Source: an uncultured Gemmatimonadaceae bacterium (GTDB lineage: Bacteria; Gemmatimonadota; Gemmatimonadetes; Gemmatimonadales; Gemmatimonadaceae). Taken from it: DNA of 64,000 bases. How positions within the stretch are numbered: position 1 is the first letter of the stretch; each line of letters begins with the position of its first letter. Where the stretch lies: NCBI GenBank assembly GCA_963843845.1, contig CAWJMB010000002.1, forward strand, positions 544,001 through 608,000, in the 5' to 3' direction. Below the pieces are notes generated by a model. It was not told the origin of the DNA. It saw nothing but the letters and a program-made list of their open reading frames with translations, and searched no databases. Shown here piece after piece: positions 21,957 to 32,421 of the stretch. A program made the position numbers and the translations under genes.

Positions 21957-23195
21957 TCACATGTGTGCGCGCGCGACGAGCCGACGCACGCTCGCGATCC
22001 CGGCCGCCGGCCCGAGCGCGAGCACGATGAACGCGCGCTCCCACCCGAGCCGCGCGGCGAGCAGCGGTACGAGCTGGATCGACCCCATCGTCAACAGGAA
22101 GCCGAGCGACGTCTGGATCGTGAGCGCCGTGCCGACCGCGTGCGGAGGCACGCTCTCGGTCACGAGCACGGAGAACTGCGCGCTGTCGGCGATGACGAAG
22201 AAGCCCCAGGCGAGCGCGACCGGCACGAGCAGCGCGAGCGAGCGGCCGAACGTGAGCCCGATGCCGACGGCACACACGCCGCTCGCCGCCATCGCGACCG
22301 TCACGAGCCAGACGCGCCCGCGCCGGTCCGCCGCGAGCCCGCCCCACACGCAGCCGAGCCCACCGACGGCGAGCGCGGCGAAGGCGACGAGCGACGCGGT
22401 GCGCTCGGCGGCCACGTCACCGCGCGCGGCGACGCTCGCGGCGACGAACGCCGGCAGCCACGTCCACGCCGCGTACAGCTCCCACATGTGGCCGAGGTAG
22501 CCGCCGGTGGCGAGGCGCCAGCGCGGCGTGCGCACGATCGAGCCGACGAGGTCCCACGAGAACGGGCGCGCCGGGAACGGATACGGTCCCTCGCGGTAGC
22601 GCGTCGCGACGAGGAGCGCCGCGACGACCGCCGCCGCCGACGCGGCGAGCACGACGCTGCGGATCGCGTCGGCCGGCGCGGCGCCGTCGGTGAGCGCGTG
22701 CACGAGGTACGGCGTCGCCTTCCCGACGGTGAGCGCGCCGACGATCGTGCCGACCGCGAGCCCGCGCCGCGCGCGAAACCAGGTCGCGATCATCTTCATG
22801 GCGGGCGGATAGACGCCGGCGAGCGCGACGCCGGTCGCGAAGCGGCAGAGCAGCACGCCGGAGTAGCTCGCGGTGCCCAACAGCGCCGCGTTCGCCGCGG
22901 CGCCGGCGAGCGCGCTGGTCGCGAACAGCCGCCTCGACGGCACGACGTCGGCGAGGTTGAGCAGCGCGACGGTCGCCGTGCCGACGACGAAGCCGACCTG
23001 CACGACCGTCGTGAGCCATCCCGACTGCGCGGGGGTGAGGCCCAACAGTGCCCGGTACTGCGCGCCGACCGCGCTCGCCGCGAACCAGAGCGACATGCCG
23101 AGGAGCTCGGCGAGCGCGAGGAGAGCGAGCGCGCGCCAGCGGCGCGGGTCGTGGTCGAACGGCGGGGCGTCTGGCGGCGCGAGGGAAGGAGCCAC
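21957..23195 (-). CDS. MFS transporter
   Basis: About 12 hydrophobic segments; LGMSLWF, GVYPPAMK, GHMWELYA, ADSAQFS; start uncertain (ORF open to 23273). Confidence 0.9.
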   Translation of the reverse strand: MAPSLAPPDAPPFDHDPRRWRALALLALAELLGMSLWFAASAVGAQYRALLGLTPAQSGWLTTVVQVGFVVGTATVALLNLADVVPSRRLFATSALAGAAANAALLGTASYSGVLLCRFATGVALAGVYPPAMKMIATWFRARRGLAVGTIVGALTVGKATPYLVHALTDGAAPADAIRSVVLAASAAAVVAALLVATRYREGPYPFPARPFSWDLVGSIVRTPRWRLATGGYLGHMWELYAAWTWLPAFVAASVAARGDVAAERTASLVAFAALAVGGLGCVWGGLAADRRGRVWLVTVAMAASGVCAVGIGLTFGRSLALLVPVALAWGFFVIADSAQFSVLVTESVPPHAVGTALTIQTSLGFLLTMGSIQLVPLLAARLGWERAFIVLALGPAAGIASVRRLVARAHM

Positions 23196-23388
23196 GGCTG
23201 GACGTGTCGGTGCTCGTTCGGGAATGCGCCCGCCGGCCTCGTCCGCCGGGACGTCTCGCGTGTTCCGCGTCACGAGCGACTGTGCGAGCGCCTGCGCCGT
23301 CGCCCGGATGGTCGCGCTCGGGAGCCGGATGCGGTGCGTCCGACGGAGCGGGCGAGTGCGTCGGTCACCGTGCGTCGGCTGCCGGCGC

Positions 23389-25576
23389 TCAGACTGCCAG
23401 CTCGGGCAGATCGCGATAGAGCGCGAGCGCCTCGGGATTCGCGAGCGCGTCGGCGTTCGTCACGGGGCGGCCGTGGATCACCTCGCGCACGGCGAGCTCG
23501 GTGATCTTGCCGCTGATCGTGCGCGGGATGTCGGCGACGGCGACGATGACCTTCGGCACGTGGTGCGGGCTCGTTCCGTCACGCACGGTCGCGCGGATGC
23601 GCGCGCGGAGCGCGTCGTCGAGCAGGGCGCCGGGGCGGAGGCGCACGAACAGCACGATCCGCGTGTCCAGCTCGCCGCCGCTCGCGATGTCCTGTCCGAC
23701 GACGAGGCTCTCGACGATCTCGTCGAGCTGCTCGACCTGCCGATAGATCTCCGCCGTGCCGACGCGCACGCCGCCGGGGTTGAGCGTCGCATCGCTGCGG
23801 CCGGTGATGACGACGCCCATCGGCACGGGCGCGTCCGGCGCGTCTGGCGCGTCCGGCGCGCCCTCGTGCGCCGTGAGCGCGCACCAGTCGCCGTGTCGCC
23901 AGACGCCGGGCCAGCTGTCGAAGTAGGCGCCGCGGTATTTCGCGCCGGTCGGGTCGTTCCAGAACGCGACCGGCATGCTCGGGAACGGCCGGGTGCAGAC
24001 GAGCTCTCCCTGCGCGCCGACCGGCGCCGGGGAGCCGTCAGCCGCCGCGACGTCGACGGCCATGCCCAACGCGCGCCCCTGGATCTCGCCGCGCCACACC
24101 GGCGCCGTCGGCACGCCGCCGACGAAGCACGAGACGATGTCGGTGCCGCCGCTCATGCTCGCGAGGTGGACGTCGCGCCTTCACCTGCCCGTACACCCAG
24201 TCGAAGCTCGCCGGCGCGAGCGGGCTCCCCGTCGAGAGGATCGTCGTGAGCGCGGCGAGGTCGTGTGTGCGGGCGGGGGCGAGGCCCTGCTTCTCGCACA
24301 GCGCGAGGTACTTGGCGCTCGTGCCGAACACCGTGACGCGCTCCTCCTGCGCCATCGTCCACAGCGCGTCGGGGGTCGGGCTCATCGGCGCGCCGTCGTA
24401 GAGTACGATCGTCGCCCCCACGGCCAGCGCGCTGACGAGCCAGTTCCACATCATCCAGCCGCACGTCGTGAAGTAGAAGATCGTGTCGCCGGCGCGGAGG
24501 TCGACGTGCAGCCGGTGCTCCTTCAGATGCTGCAGCAGCGTCCCGCCGGCCGAATGCACCATGCACTTCGGGAGGCCCGTGGTCCCCGACGAGTACATGA
24601 CGTACAGCGGGTGGTCGAACGGCAGGCGCCGGACCTCGAGCGGCGCGCCGGCGTGCGGCGCCACGAACGCCTCCCACGTCACGGCGTCGCGCACCGTCGA
24701 CGTGTCCGCCGCGTCGCGCAGAACGGGCACGACGACGACCCGTCGCAGGCTCGGAATCGCCGCCGCGATCTCTGCCACTCTGCCGAGCGAGTCGATCGGC
24801 TTCCCCGCGTAGACGTAGCCGTCCGCCGCGATCAGCACGACCGGCGCGATCTGGCTGAACCGATCGAGCACCCCCTTCACCCCGAAGTCCGGCGAGCACG
24901 ACGACCAGACGGCGCCGAGGCTCGAGGCGGCGAGCATGGCGATGATCGCTTCGGGGATGTTCGGCAGGAAGCCGGCGACACGATCGCCCGGCTCGACTCC
25001 GGCCGCGTGCAGCGCAGCGCGCATCGCGGCGACGGCGTCGCGCAGCTGGCGCCACGTCAGGGTCCGCCGGTGTCCCGCCGCTGTCCCGCCGCTGCCGCCG
25101 CCGGTGCCGCTGCCGCCGCCGCTGCCGCCGCCGCCGTCGCTCGGCGATTCCCGGCGCGCGACGATCGCGACGCCGTCGTCGTCTCGCTGCAGCAGATGCT
25201 CCGCGAAGCTGAGCTGCGCCCCGGTGAACCAGCGAGGACCGAGTAGCGGGTCCGGCGGCGCCATCCGGTCGAGGCCGACGACGACCTCGTCCCACGGCGC
25301 GTGTCCGGAGCCAGGCGACGGATCGGAGCGCGTGTCGGCGATCACGCCGCTCCACCGCCACACCGCTTCCCAGAATGCCGCCGGCTCGGCGACGGACCAG
25401 CGCCAGAGGGCGTCGTAGTCGACGGCGCCATCATCCGCCGTCCTTCCGCGACCGACGGCGCTGCAGAACGCAGCGAGGGCGGACCGGGCGACGCGCTCCG
25501 CGCTCGGCGTCCACAGCGGACGCGGAGCGGACGGGGGCAACACGGAGGGCGCGGGTGCGGTCGACATCTCGGGCAT
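23389..25576 (-). CDS. Acetoacetate--CoA ligase; frameshift at about 24180
   Basis: [79 protein letters not shown]. Confidence 0.92.
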
Positions 25577-25721
25577 CGTACCGCGCGGCACGCGGCCACG
25601 GCAGGGGAGCGGCCGACGACGATCCCCACGCCGACGAGGTGCCCGGTCTCGACCTTGCCTTACGTCGGGTTCCGGCCACGGGCGGCCGGTCACCACGACA
25701 CTGACTCAGGAGCGGCACGAC

Positions 25722-26123
25722 ATGAGCGTCTTCGGCACCCTCGTTTCCAAGATCTTCGGCCGCGACGACGCGGCGAAGCCGGCCGCCGCCCCCACGACGC
25801 CAGCCGCCACCACCGCGACGCCGGCCGCGACAGCGCCGTACGTGATGGCCGCTCCGTCAGCGCAGCGTGCGGAGGACGTCCTGCGCGAGCTCGCCGCGAA
25901 GAGCTCGCAGACGCTCGACTGGGAGCATTCGATCGTCGACCTGATGAAGCTGGTCCACATGGACAGCTCGCTCGCGACGCGGAAGGAGCTCGCCCAGGAG
26001 CTCGGCTACACGGGCGACATGAACGACTCGGCGAGCATGAACATCTGGCTGCACGCGAAGGTCATGGAGAACCTCTCGCAGGACGGTGGACGCGTCGCGG
26101 CGAATCTGCTGAACGGCGCCTGA
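25722..26123 (+). CDS. DUF3597 family protein
   Basis: LDWEHSIVDLMKLV..DSSL..RKELA.ELGYTGD..DSASMNIWLH; AGGAG RBS. Confidence 0.88.
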   Translation: MSVFGTLVSKIFGRDDAAKPAAAPTTPAATTATPAATAPYVMAAPSAQRAEDVLRELAAKSSQTLDWEHSIVDLMKLVHMDSSLATRKELAQELGYTGDMNDSASMNIWLHAKVMENLSQDGGRVAANLLNGA

Positions 26124-26199
26124 TTCGGCGCTGCTGTGACGGCGGGAGCGGCGAGGGGCGGACGCGACGTGACTGCGACGTCTGCTCCTCGCCTACGGG

Positions 26200-26568
26200 C
26201 TATCCGTCGCGCAACGCCGCCAGCCACGTCGGCTCGCGACCGCCGGGATCGCCGATCGCGGCGAGCAACCGCTGAACGTGTCGCGGGCGGCGCCGCTCCG
26301 GGATGTGGCGCGTGAGGAGCTCGATGGCAGCCCGCGCGACGTCGGCGGTCACCTCGTCCGGCGGCGCGACCGACTGTTGCACGACGTACCAGTGCTGCAG
26401 GCGGCGCCGGGTCTTCGAGTAGGGCGCGGTTCCTCGCAGAAAGCGCCACAGGCCGGTGACGCTCATGCCCGTCTGGTCGGCGACGGTGCGGATCGAGCTG
26501 GCGTCGACGCGCTCGCGGACGGCGCGGCGGAGCGTCTCGACTGGGACGGCGGGCGGATCAGCCGGCAT
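26200..26568 (-). CDS. Small HTH (XRE-like) protein
   Basis: SIRTVADQTGMSVTGLWRFLRG helix-turn-helix pattern. Confidence 0.65.
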   Translation of the reverse strand: MPADPPAVPVETLRRAVRERVDASSIRTVADQTGMSVTGLWRFLRGTAPYSKTRRRLQHWYVVQQSVAPPDEVTADVARAAIELLTRHIPERRRPRHVQRLLAAIGDPGGREPTWLAALRDG

Positions 26569-26784
26569 CGGCCTGACCGCCCGCCGCCGTCAGCGCGTGT
26601 TTCCGCCGTTTCTTTTCGTCGAGATTACACGGGGCAGACTACGCTGCCCGGTCGTCGACGCACAAGGCGACGGCTCGCATCGCAGGCCGCCTCACACCGA
26701 CGACCCGCGCCGGCCGGCGGCCCCACCGCCGCGCGTGCGACGCGGCCGGGTGGCGGGATGCCCGTCCGCGCCGGCGTCGTGCGC

Positions 26785-27981
26785 CTACCGTGACGTGATC
26801 GCGAGCAGCTGCTCGACGTAGCGCGCCTGCGGCTCTCCGCGATGCCGCTCCAGCCACCGCTCGAACAGCCGCCGGCTCTCGTCGGCCAGCACTTCCCCGA
26901 CGATCCGCGGCATCCGACTCTCCGGGCTCTCGGGCGGCCGGACGCGCCGCGTGCCGCTGTCCGCCGGCGCGCGCAGTCCGTACACCACCGTGTCGATCCC
27001 GCCGAGCATCGCCGCGCCGGTGCACATGACGCACGGCTCGAGCGTCGAGACGAGCACGAGGTCGCACGCCTCGAGCGGGGCCGACTCGGCGAGGTCGCCG
27101 AACGCGACGATCTCGGCGTGCGCGGTCTTGATCGCGGTCGTCGCCATCCGGTTGTAGCCGCGCGCCACGATCTGCGCGTTCCCGTCGGCGATGACGCAGC
27201 CGATCGGCGCGTCGCCTGCCGCCATCCCCGCCTCGGCCACGGCGAGCGCCTCGCGCATCAGCGACTCGAGCACGTCCTGCGACAGGCGCGACGCGCCCGG
27301 GGAGGCGACCCGCAGCGCGTCGTCCACTTCGGCCAGCAGGTGCGCCGGATCGCGCCACACGCGCCGCGTGCCCGCACGCATCAGCGCCCGCTCGTCGTTG
27401 TAACCGCCGCACAGCACACCCAACGTCACGACGCCCGCGCGCTTCGCCGACTCGGCGTCGTGCGGGGTGTCGCCGACCATCGCGCACTGCGCCGGGGAGA
27501 GCCCGAGCTTCTCGACGGCGGCGGTGACGACGTCGGGGGCCGGCTTGCTCCGCTCGACATCGTCTTTCATCACGACGGCGTCGACGTGCTCGCGGAGGTC
27601 CACGCCCGCGCTCTCGAACGTCGCTTCGAGCTGGGTCTTGCCGCTCGACGTCGCGATCGCGGTCCGGATGCCGCGGTCGCGCAGGGTGCCTAACAGTTCG
27701 ACCGCGCGTGGGAACACCGGGACGCGCCGCTCCGTCGTGACCATCGTGACGAACTCGTCGCCGACGCGCGCGCGCAGCGCGTCGCCGTCGCGCTCGTTCG
27801 CCGTCCTGCCGAGGATCGAGGGAACGAGGTTGTCGCCGCCCTTGCCGACTTCGGGCGCGATGCGGTCGGCGTCGACGCGGTAGCCGAACGCGGCGAAGGT
27901 GCGTACCCACGACTCGACGTGGGTGGCGTTCGTGTCGACGAGCGTGCCGTCGAGATCGAAGATGAGAGCGTCGAGAGCCAC
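26785..27981 (-). CDS. HAD-IA phosphatase fused to a CDA-superfamily (TadA/GuaD-like) deaminase
   Basis: DLDGTLVD, TSS, KPAPD, GDTPHD; then PIGCVI...TAHAE...STLEPCVMC. Confidence 0.88.
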   Translation of the reverse strand: MALDALIFDLDGTLVDTNATHVESWVRTFAAFGYRVDADRIAPEVGKGGDNLVPSILGRTANERDGDALRARVGDEFVTMVTTERRVPVFPRAVELLGTLRDRGIRTAIATSSGKTQLEATFESAGVDLREHVDAVVMKDDVERSKPAPDVVTAAVEKLGLSPAQCAMVGDTPHDAESAKRAGVVTLGVLCGGYNDERALMRAGTRRVWRDPAHLLAEVDDALRVASPGASRLSQDVLESLMREALAVAEAGMAAGDAPIGCVIADGNAQIVARGYNRMATTAIKTAHAEIVAFGDLAESAPLEACDLVLVSTLEPCVMCTGAAMLGGIDTVVYGLRAPADSGTRRVRPPESPESRMPRIVGEVLADESRRLFERWLERHRGEPQARYVEQLLAITSR

Positions 27982-28160
27982 GGTGCGGAGACGGGAGCGG
28001 GAACGAGACGTCAGGACGGCGGCCTCCTACGCATCCCGCGCGCCGTCGCCCGACGCATTCGCCGCGGCATGACGGTTTTCGCGGCGTCGCCACGCAATGC
28101 GGGGTGACCAGGGCGCGATGGCTCGTCGCGCCACGTCGCTCACCCCCGCCGAAGGCGCCG

Positions 28161-28574
28161 ATGCTCCGCTTCAGACCATGTCGTGCCGCGCTCGCCGTGC
28201 TCGCCGCGAGCGCCTGTGGCCGCTCCGGCGGCACCGACCGCGCCGCCGACGTGTCGCGCCCCCCGACGTCGGCCGGCGACGTGTGGGAGGCGGACAGCGT
28301 CGCGAGCCGCGCCGCGGCGCCGGCCGCGCTGGTCGCGTTCGTGAACGGCGTGCACGTCATGATCGTCGACGGCGACGATGCCTACGCCGGGATGACGCGC
28401 CTCGCGCTCGCGTCGACCGCCGGGGGCGCCCGCGCCCTCCGCTTCGCGAACGGCCTCTCGGCCGAGCTGCTGCCGGCCGGCGACGCCGGCGACACCGGCG
28501 ACGCGATGTCGCTGCGCTTCTCGAGCGGCGAGACGCTGCGCCTGCGCCGCCGCGGCGCGGAGCGCGGGCGATGA
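28161..28574 (+). CDS. Hypothetical lipoprotein
   Basis: Lipobox LAASAC; stop overlaps the next ATG (ATGA). Confidence 0.7.
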   Translation: MLRFRPCRAALAVLAASACGRSGGTDRAADVSRPPTSAGDVWEADSVASRAAAPAALVAFVNGVHVMIVDGDDAYAGMTRLALASTAGGARALRFANGLSAELLPAGDAGDTGDAMSLRFSSGETLRLRRRGAERGR

Positions 28575-29863
28575 GGCGCGCCACCGCTCGCACCGCGCCG
28601 GCGCTCGCCGCCACGCTCGCCGCCACGTTCGCCGTCACGTTCGCCGTCACGCTGGCCGCCGTCACGTTCACGCCGCGCGTCACCGCGGCGCAGGACGCGC
28701 TCGACAGCACGCTCGTCGCGCTCACCTGGCACAAGCTGACGCAGCAGCCGCTCGACCTGACGGCCGTGGCCGCCGCGAGCGACGCCGTGCGGCGGGTGAG
28801 CGAGTTCGACCGCCGCGATGCCGCCGCGGCCGAGGTCGCGCGGCTGCACGCGCAGCTCGACGCGGCGTCGCCGGCGCGCGAGTTCACGATGCGCGTGAGC
28901 GACGAGATCACGCAGTACGACCACGACCGCGGCGAGTTCTCGATCGGGCTGTTCCGCCCCGGCTATTACGTGCCGGTGCAGGCGTTCGGGCAGGAGTACC
29001 GGCTCGTCTTCGCGAACGCCGACCGGCTGCGCGCGATCGCGATGGCGAAGGAGTCGGCGCGCACCTTCGACGCGCGGCTGAACGCGCTCGGCCGTCGCGT
29101 GACGAACGAGCTGCAGTTCCGCGTCACCGGCGCCGGCGACCCGTTGGGGGGCGTCACCGGCCCGCGCGTCGTGCGCGCCGAGCTGACGGCGGTGCGGCTG
29201 CTCGACGCGTCGGGGAACGTGGTGCACACGCCGACGATCACGGCGTCGTCGGTCGCCGCGAACGGGGTGAACGGTGCGAACGGCGCCCCATCGGGTCCGT
29301 CCGGTGCCGCCGCGTTCGACGCGGCGCGCGCCGACGTCGCCGGCCTCCGCATCGGCGTGAAGGCGAAGGACGCCGAGGCGACGCTGACGCGGCTGTTCGG
29401 CCCGGTCGCGCGCGGCGCCACGGGGCGTGGCGGCTACGCCGGCTACGCGGCGACGCTCACCGTGAACGACATGGGGTGCATGAACATCCCCGGTCGTCGC
29501 GGCCGGAACGGCGCGCCTGGCTCGGTGTGCGTCACCGCGTTCCTCGACGGCGACGACGTCGTACGCGCCATTCGCATCGAACGTGTCTTCCCATACGTCG
29601 AGGCCGAGCTGTTTCGCCGCGCGCTCGTGCAGAAGTACGGGCCGGTGAGTGCGGCGAGCCAGGGCGTCGGCTTCTCGCTCGGCTGGGGCCCGGACGTCGA
29701 CCGCGCCGTCGCGTACGACGTCTCCGGCCCACACTCGGCGCTCACGGCGCACTACGTCGTCAACGACGACTTCATGAGCCGTGGACTCAACCGCGCCGCC
29801 GACGTGCGCGTCGTCCTGCAGCTCGCCGACGCGGCGTGGATCGCCGGGCGCGCGCGCCGTTAG
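28571..29863 (+). CDS. Secreted protein, N-terminal domain resembling DUF4852
   Basis: Signal peptide; ALTWHKLT...SEFDRR...ITQYDHDRGEF; family call is from memory. Confidence 0.6.
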   Translation: MRRATARTAPALAATLAATFAVTFAVTLAAVTFTPRVTAAQDALDSTLVALTWHKLTQQPLDLTAVAAASDAVRRVSEFDRRDAAAAEVARLHAQLDAASPAREFTMRVSDEITQYDHDRGEFSIGLFRPGYYVPVQAFGQEYRLVFANADRLRAIAMAKESARTFDARLNALGRRVTNELQFRVTGAGDPLGGVTGPRVVRAELTAVRLLDASGNVVHTPTITASSVAANGVNGANGAPSGPSGAAAFDAARADVAGLRIGVKAKDAEATLTRLFGPVARGATGRGGYAGYAATLTVNDMGCMNIPGRRGRNGAPGSVCVTAFLDGDDVVRAIRIERVFPYVEAELFRRALVQKYGPVSAASQGVGFSLGWGPDVDRAVAYDVSGPHSALTAHYVVNDDFMSRGLNRAADVRVVLQLADAAWIAGRARR

Positions 29864-29953
29864 GCACCGCCCACCGTTCGCCCCGCCGTCGTCAGGCCCC
29901 TCACCGTCAGCCACCTCACCGCACGCTGATCGCCTCCGGGCGAAGGAGTCCGT

Positions 29954-31132
29954 ATGCGTTGCACGTTCCGCCGCACGCTCGTGTCGCTCGAGTCCCTCGT
30001 GTCCCTCGCCGCCGCCGCGGTCATCGTTCGGCCGGCCGCCGCCCAGCCCACGGCGCCGGGGTGCGCCATCGAGCGCGCCACCCCGTGCACCGAGACGACC
30101 GCGTTCGTCGCGTCGGTCGTCGACTTCCGCACGAGCACGGCGGGGCGCGACCGGCTGCTCACGATCACGATGCGCTTCCGCAACCGCACCGCGCGGACGC
30201 TGCGCCTCGTCTACGTGCAGGGCTCGGGCGTCGTGCTCGACGATCAGGGCAATCGGTACCTCGTCGTCGGCGGCGCGGCCGGCGTGCGCGGGATCGGCGA
30301 AGCGACGGCGAACAGCTTCGATGCGAAGTTCGTGCTCGCGCCCGGTGAGAGCAGCGACGCGCGCTTCGAGCTCGCATGGTCGCCGGAACGCGTCGGCCAG
30401 ATCGTCGGCACGACGTACGAGGGGGACGTCGCGGTGCGAGAGGTCGACCCGCTCCCCGGCAACCAGCTCCGACTCGGCCGCGAGCACGCGCTGCACTTCC
30501 GTGCGTTAGGCGGCGGGCAGCTCGCCGGCGCTTCTCCGGCCGCGCCGAGCGTGCCGACCGCACCGGCTCCGCAGGCGGCGCCGGTCGCCGATGCAGGCGA
30601 TCCGTGCGCCGGCCGCGCACGCTGCTACGCCGCCGGCCCGTTCGTCGCCGAGGTCACGAACGTCACGCCGGCGCTGGCCGGGCGGCACCACACGCTGCGC
30701 ATCGAGCTCAAGATCCAGAACCGCACCACGCAGCCTCTCATCCTCGGCTACAAGGGGACGTCGGGCGCCGCGACCGACAACCTCGGCAACCGCTACTACT
30801 GGGGGCGTGCCGGGACGTACGACGTGAGCGCGTCGGGGATCGGCACGGTGACGGGGCGGCAGGCGGACCCGCAGTTCGTGCTCCAGCCGGGCCAGTCGGG
30901 GCGCGCGTCGTTCCAGCTCATCCGCTACGACGTCGGCCGCTCGGAGATCGGCACGTCGTTCACGTACGACCTCGCGCTGAACGAGCTCGAGATCCTGCCG
31001 AGCCGCCAGGTGCGGAACGCGCGTGAGTTCGCGCTGAGCTTTCCGGGGCTCACCGCCGGGGGCGCCAGCGCGGCGCAGGCCGTCCAGGCCGGGAAAGCGA
31101 TCCTCGATCGGCTGCGTGGCAAGAAGCCCTGA
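29954..31132 (+). CDS. Secreted protein with two tandem homologous Ig-like domains
   Basis: AAGGAG RBS; signal peptide; duplicated F.A.V...NRT..L.L.Y...D..GNRY...GIG...D..FVL.PG.S..A.F.L. Confidence 0.75.
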   Translation: MRCTFRRTLVSLESLVSLAAAAVIVRPAAAQPTAPGCAIERATPCTETTAFVASVVDFRTSTAGRDRLLTITMRFRNRTARTLRLVYVQGSGVVLDDQGNRYLVVGGAAGVRGIGEATANSFDAKFVLAPGESSDARFELAWSPERVGQIVGTTYEGDVAVREVDPLPGNQLRLGREHALHFRALGGGQLAGASPAAPSVPTAPAPQAAPVADAGDPCAGRARCYAAGPFVAEVTNVTPALAGRHHTLRIELKIQNRTTQPLILGYKGTSGAATDNLGNRYYWGRAGTYDVSASGIGTVTGRQADPQFVLQPGQSGRASFQLIRYDVGRSEIGTSFTYDLALNELEILPSRQVRNAREFALSFPGLTAGGASAAQAVQAGKAILDRLRGKKP

Positions 31133-31194
31133 GCCGTCGCGGCAGGCCGCGCCCGGCCGAGCGCTCCCGACAGAAGGAGAGCAGGAACGGAAGC

Positions 31195-31240
31195 GCTGCA
31201 CGGCGGTGCACGGCGGTGCACGGCGGTGCACAGCGGCGCA
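31195..31240. repeat. Intergenic 10-bp tandem repeat (GCACGGCGGT) x about 4, REP-like
   Basis: Directly visible; lies between convergent genes inside a larger imperfect hairpin. Confidence 0.7.
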
Positions 31241-31333
31241 CGCCTTCCGCCTCTTCTGCCCTTCTGGCCCTTCCGTCAAGAACCGCACAGCCAGTCAGCG
31301 CACGTCGCCACGTGATCTGGGCGTCGCCGCGCG

Positions 31334-32419
31334 TCAGGCGTCGACCGGGTGCGCGAGCACGCCGTAGTGCACGATCGCGTGGTCGACGCGCGAGAGCACG
31401 TCGGCCGTCGAGATGCGTTGCATCCGGTCGTCGGGCGGGGGCACGAAGGTCGACGGGTCGGGCGTCGCGCCAGGCTCCGTGTAGCGATCGACCCACAGGT
31501 CCTCGAACGCGCGGTACGGCCCGACACGCCACGGATTCGTGTGGCCGTAGAGCCCGATCGTCGGCACGCCGAACGCGCGCGCGATGTGCAGCGGGCCGGT
31601 GTCGGGCGCGAGCACCAGCGCGCTCCGCGCGAGGATCCACGCGACGCGCCGCACGCCGTCGCCCATGGCCCAGACGACCGGCGCGCGCGCGGTGCGCACG
31701 ACGTCGCGCGCGATCGCCGTCTCGCGCTCGCCGGGGCCGCCGACGAGCGCCACGGTGAAGCCGCGGTCGTGCAGCCCGTCCGCGACCGCCGCCCATCGAT
31801 CGGCCCGCCAGTCTTTCGCGTGCACCGCCGACGCGGGGACGATCGCCGCGACCGGCCGCGCGCCGTGCTCGCGCCGCCGGTCGGCGAACCACGCCTCCTG
31901 CGCCGCGCGCTCGTCGGCGGAGCAGGTGATCCGCCAATCGTTCGGCACCGCCGGCGCGTGGTGGGGCACGCCGAGCCGCTCGAGGAACTCGAGAAACATG
32001 TCCTGCGTGTGGCGGCGCGGGCGCGGGCGCAGGCGGTCGTTCTCGAACAGCCAGATCCCGTCGCGCGCCCGGTCGCGCCCGAAGCCGAGTCGGCGCGTCG
32101 CGCCGGAGAACACGGTCGGCCACGCGCTCTTGAAGTACACGTTGAAGTTGAGCGTCAGGTCGAACCCGCCGACGGCGCGCGACGCGGCCCGGAGATCGCG
32201 CCACAGCGTCTGCACGCCGCGCCGTCCTTCGCGTCGCCGGTAGCGTACGATCGCGTCGACCGACGGGTGGTGCTCGAGGATGGTCGACGGCATCGGCTCG
32301 GAGACCCACGTCACGTGGCGTCGCGGGTCGGCGTCCTTCAGCGCGTTCACCACCGGCAGTCCGTGCACCACGTCGCCGAGCCCCGTGAGCAGCACGACGC
32401 AGATGCGCTCGGCGGCCAT
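31334..32419 (-). CDS. Glycosyltransferase family 9 (LPS heptosyltransferase-like)
   Basis: LLTGLGDVVHGLPV; KDW...W; APDTGPLHIARAFGVPTIGLYG. Confidence 0.92.
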   Translation of the reverse strand: MAAERICVVLLTGLGDVVHGLPVVNALKDADPRRHVTWVSEPMPSTILEHHPSVDAIVRYRRREGRRGVQTLWRDLRAASRAVGGFDLTLNFNVYFKSAWPTVFSGATRRLGFGRDRARDGIWLFENDRLRPRPRRHTQDMFLEFLERLGVPHHAPAVPNDWRITCSADERAAQEAWFADRRREHGARPVAAIVPASAVHAKDWRADRWAAVADGLHDRGFTVALVGGPGERETAIARDVVRTARAPVVWAMGDGVRRVAWILARSALVLAPDTGPLHIARAFGVPTIGLYGHTNPWRVGPYRAFEDLWVDRYTEPGATPDPSTFVPPPDDRMQRISTADVLSRVDHAIVHYGVLAHPVDA

Positions 32420-32421
32420 GC

